A stretch of DNA of 64,000 bases, taken from contig DF237021.1 in assembly GCA_000708835.1 (NCBI GenBank), positions 1-64,000 of the forward strand, read 5' to 3'. The translations under genes and the position numbers were made by a program. Source of the DNA: Klebsormidium nitens. Lineage: Eukaryota; Plantae; Klebsormidiophyceae. The first letter of the stretch is position 1, and each line of letters opens with the position of its first letter. Under the pieces are notes generated by a model. It worked only from the letters and a program-made list of their open reading frames with translations. It did not search any database and was not told the DNA's origin. Shown piece by piece: positions 63,201 through 64,000 of this stretch.

Positions 63201-63953
63201 GGCCGTCAACATTCTTCACATCCTCAGAAACACGATTGCAAGCACGTTACTCGACATTGAAGGGAGCAGAGGGAAATTAGGGGTGATTGCAGGTTTGTTG
63301 AAAACCGCTTTTGAAACCGCTTTGACACTCTTGGCTCTCTTCCATCATAGACCAGGGAGAGAGCAGGTTGCCCCTCTTATATGTCCTGTACAAACTCCAA
63401 AAAACAACATTGTCAATGATGCACTGTGACCAGAATGTCTGCAAGGACAGATTCAAAGGAAACCAACTCAAGGTTCTGGGACATGGCAAGTCCTTCCGAA
63501 GGCACTCAAATCATTATGATTTATGAAAACCATCTGACAACTTAAAGCTCGCACCATCAGTTACACTGAACATTCTTTCGTTAACATGAGTGAAGCCCTA
63601 GGAGTCATGGTGCCAAAATCGTGGCCTTCGTGCCAAGTGCCAAGTGCCAAGTGCCAACTCACCAACTCAGGGGAGTGTTCTGTCTGTCCTCACCTGATGT
63701 TCACACAGCAGTCGTCGGCACAGGCTGCCAAATCCGCTGGACGCAGCACAATTGGTGCGGCTTGGCCCTGGCTGGGCAGCAAGAGCCCTGCCGCTGTGGC
63801 CCCCCCTGCAGCCAACACCTGGCGTCTGGCAACTAGAAGGTCGGGGGTATTCGAAGAGACAGGTTCTTCTTCCTGGGGGGCTGTGGCTCGGACGGGTAAG
63901 GTGCGATTAGCGGACCTGCAGAGTGGGTTAACAAATGGCTGAGCATGGCTCAT
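57296..63953 (-). CDS. PPO: Polyphenol oxidase (type-3 copper, plant-type), 7 exons, ~612 aa or longer
   Basis: Exons 63953-63694, 62937-62763, 62355-62200, 60729-60542, 59579-59219, 58587-58234 and 57640-57296 join in phase (1839 nt). Twin-Arg signal RRQVLAAGG...GQA. CuA HCAYC...[32 protein letters not shown]. CuB PHNPVHVW...[18 protein letters not shown] motif ([15 protein letters not shown]) and EEVLVL/HFNV (KFDV-like) C-terminal domain. The frame stays open to the window edge, so the true start may lie upstream. Confidence 0.95.
60811..61640. other. Assembly gap (830 N) in PPO intron 3
   Basis: N run flanked by two related junction copies. Confidence 0.99.
61641..61775 (-). repeat. Degenerate copy of the PPO intron3/exon4 junction
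   Basis: AAGCTTGGTTAACTGC...CCTGTTGGCAC|GATCCGGAAGTTGCGAGCCAGGCGAATAGCTTCGAGCTCCCGTTCTGGAAATACGATG (start 61705, AG lost) versus the real ...CCTGTTAACAG|GACCCGGAGTTTGCGAGCCAGGCGGATAGCTTCGCCCTCCCCTTCTGGAATTACGATG (60729). Confidence 0.9.
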
Positions 63954-64000
63954 ATCTTGCGATGATAGGGGGGTTTGGAATGGTCTTCCAAGGTCAAAAC

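Overview
Intron-rich eukaryotic nuclear DNA with GT-AG introns, GTGAG/GTAAG donors and CTGAC/CTAAC branch points. The gene content is plant-type, and a streptophyte alga such as Klebsormidium is my inference, not something I could verify. Bases ~1-16.5 kb are a transposon and pseudogene graveyard: a degenerate Plavaka/CACTA-like transposase, a hAT-type MITE with an 8-bp TSD, a PIG-O pseudogene split by a solo LTR, and a foldback/MULE-like element built from 58-bp palindromic repeats. Bases ~16.8-64 kb hold seven multi-exon genes: a steroleosin/11beta-HSD-like SDR (+), a degenerate P-loop ATPase-like protein (+), an ORTHRUS/VIM PHD-RING-SRA-RING ligase (-), RNA 3'-phosphate cyclase (+), an unknown membrane protein (-), an Agenet-ENT protein with an internal frameshift (+), and a 7-exon Tat-targeted polyphenol oxidase (-). 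The most unusual signal is at least 14 decaying tandem copies of exon-intron junctions in the introns of three unrelated genes. They are mostly 127-180 bp apart, usually keep their AG/GT, and tend to decay with distance from the real exon. Two N gaps are present. Coordinates were counted by hand and may be off by a few nt. No database searches were run.
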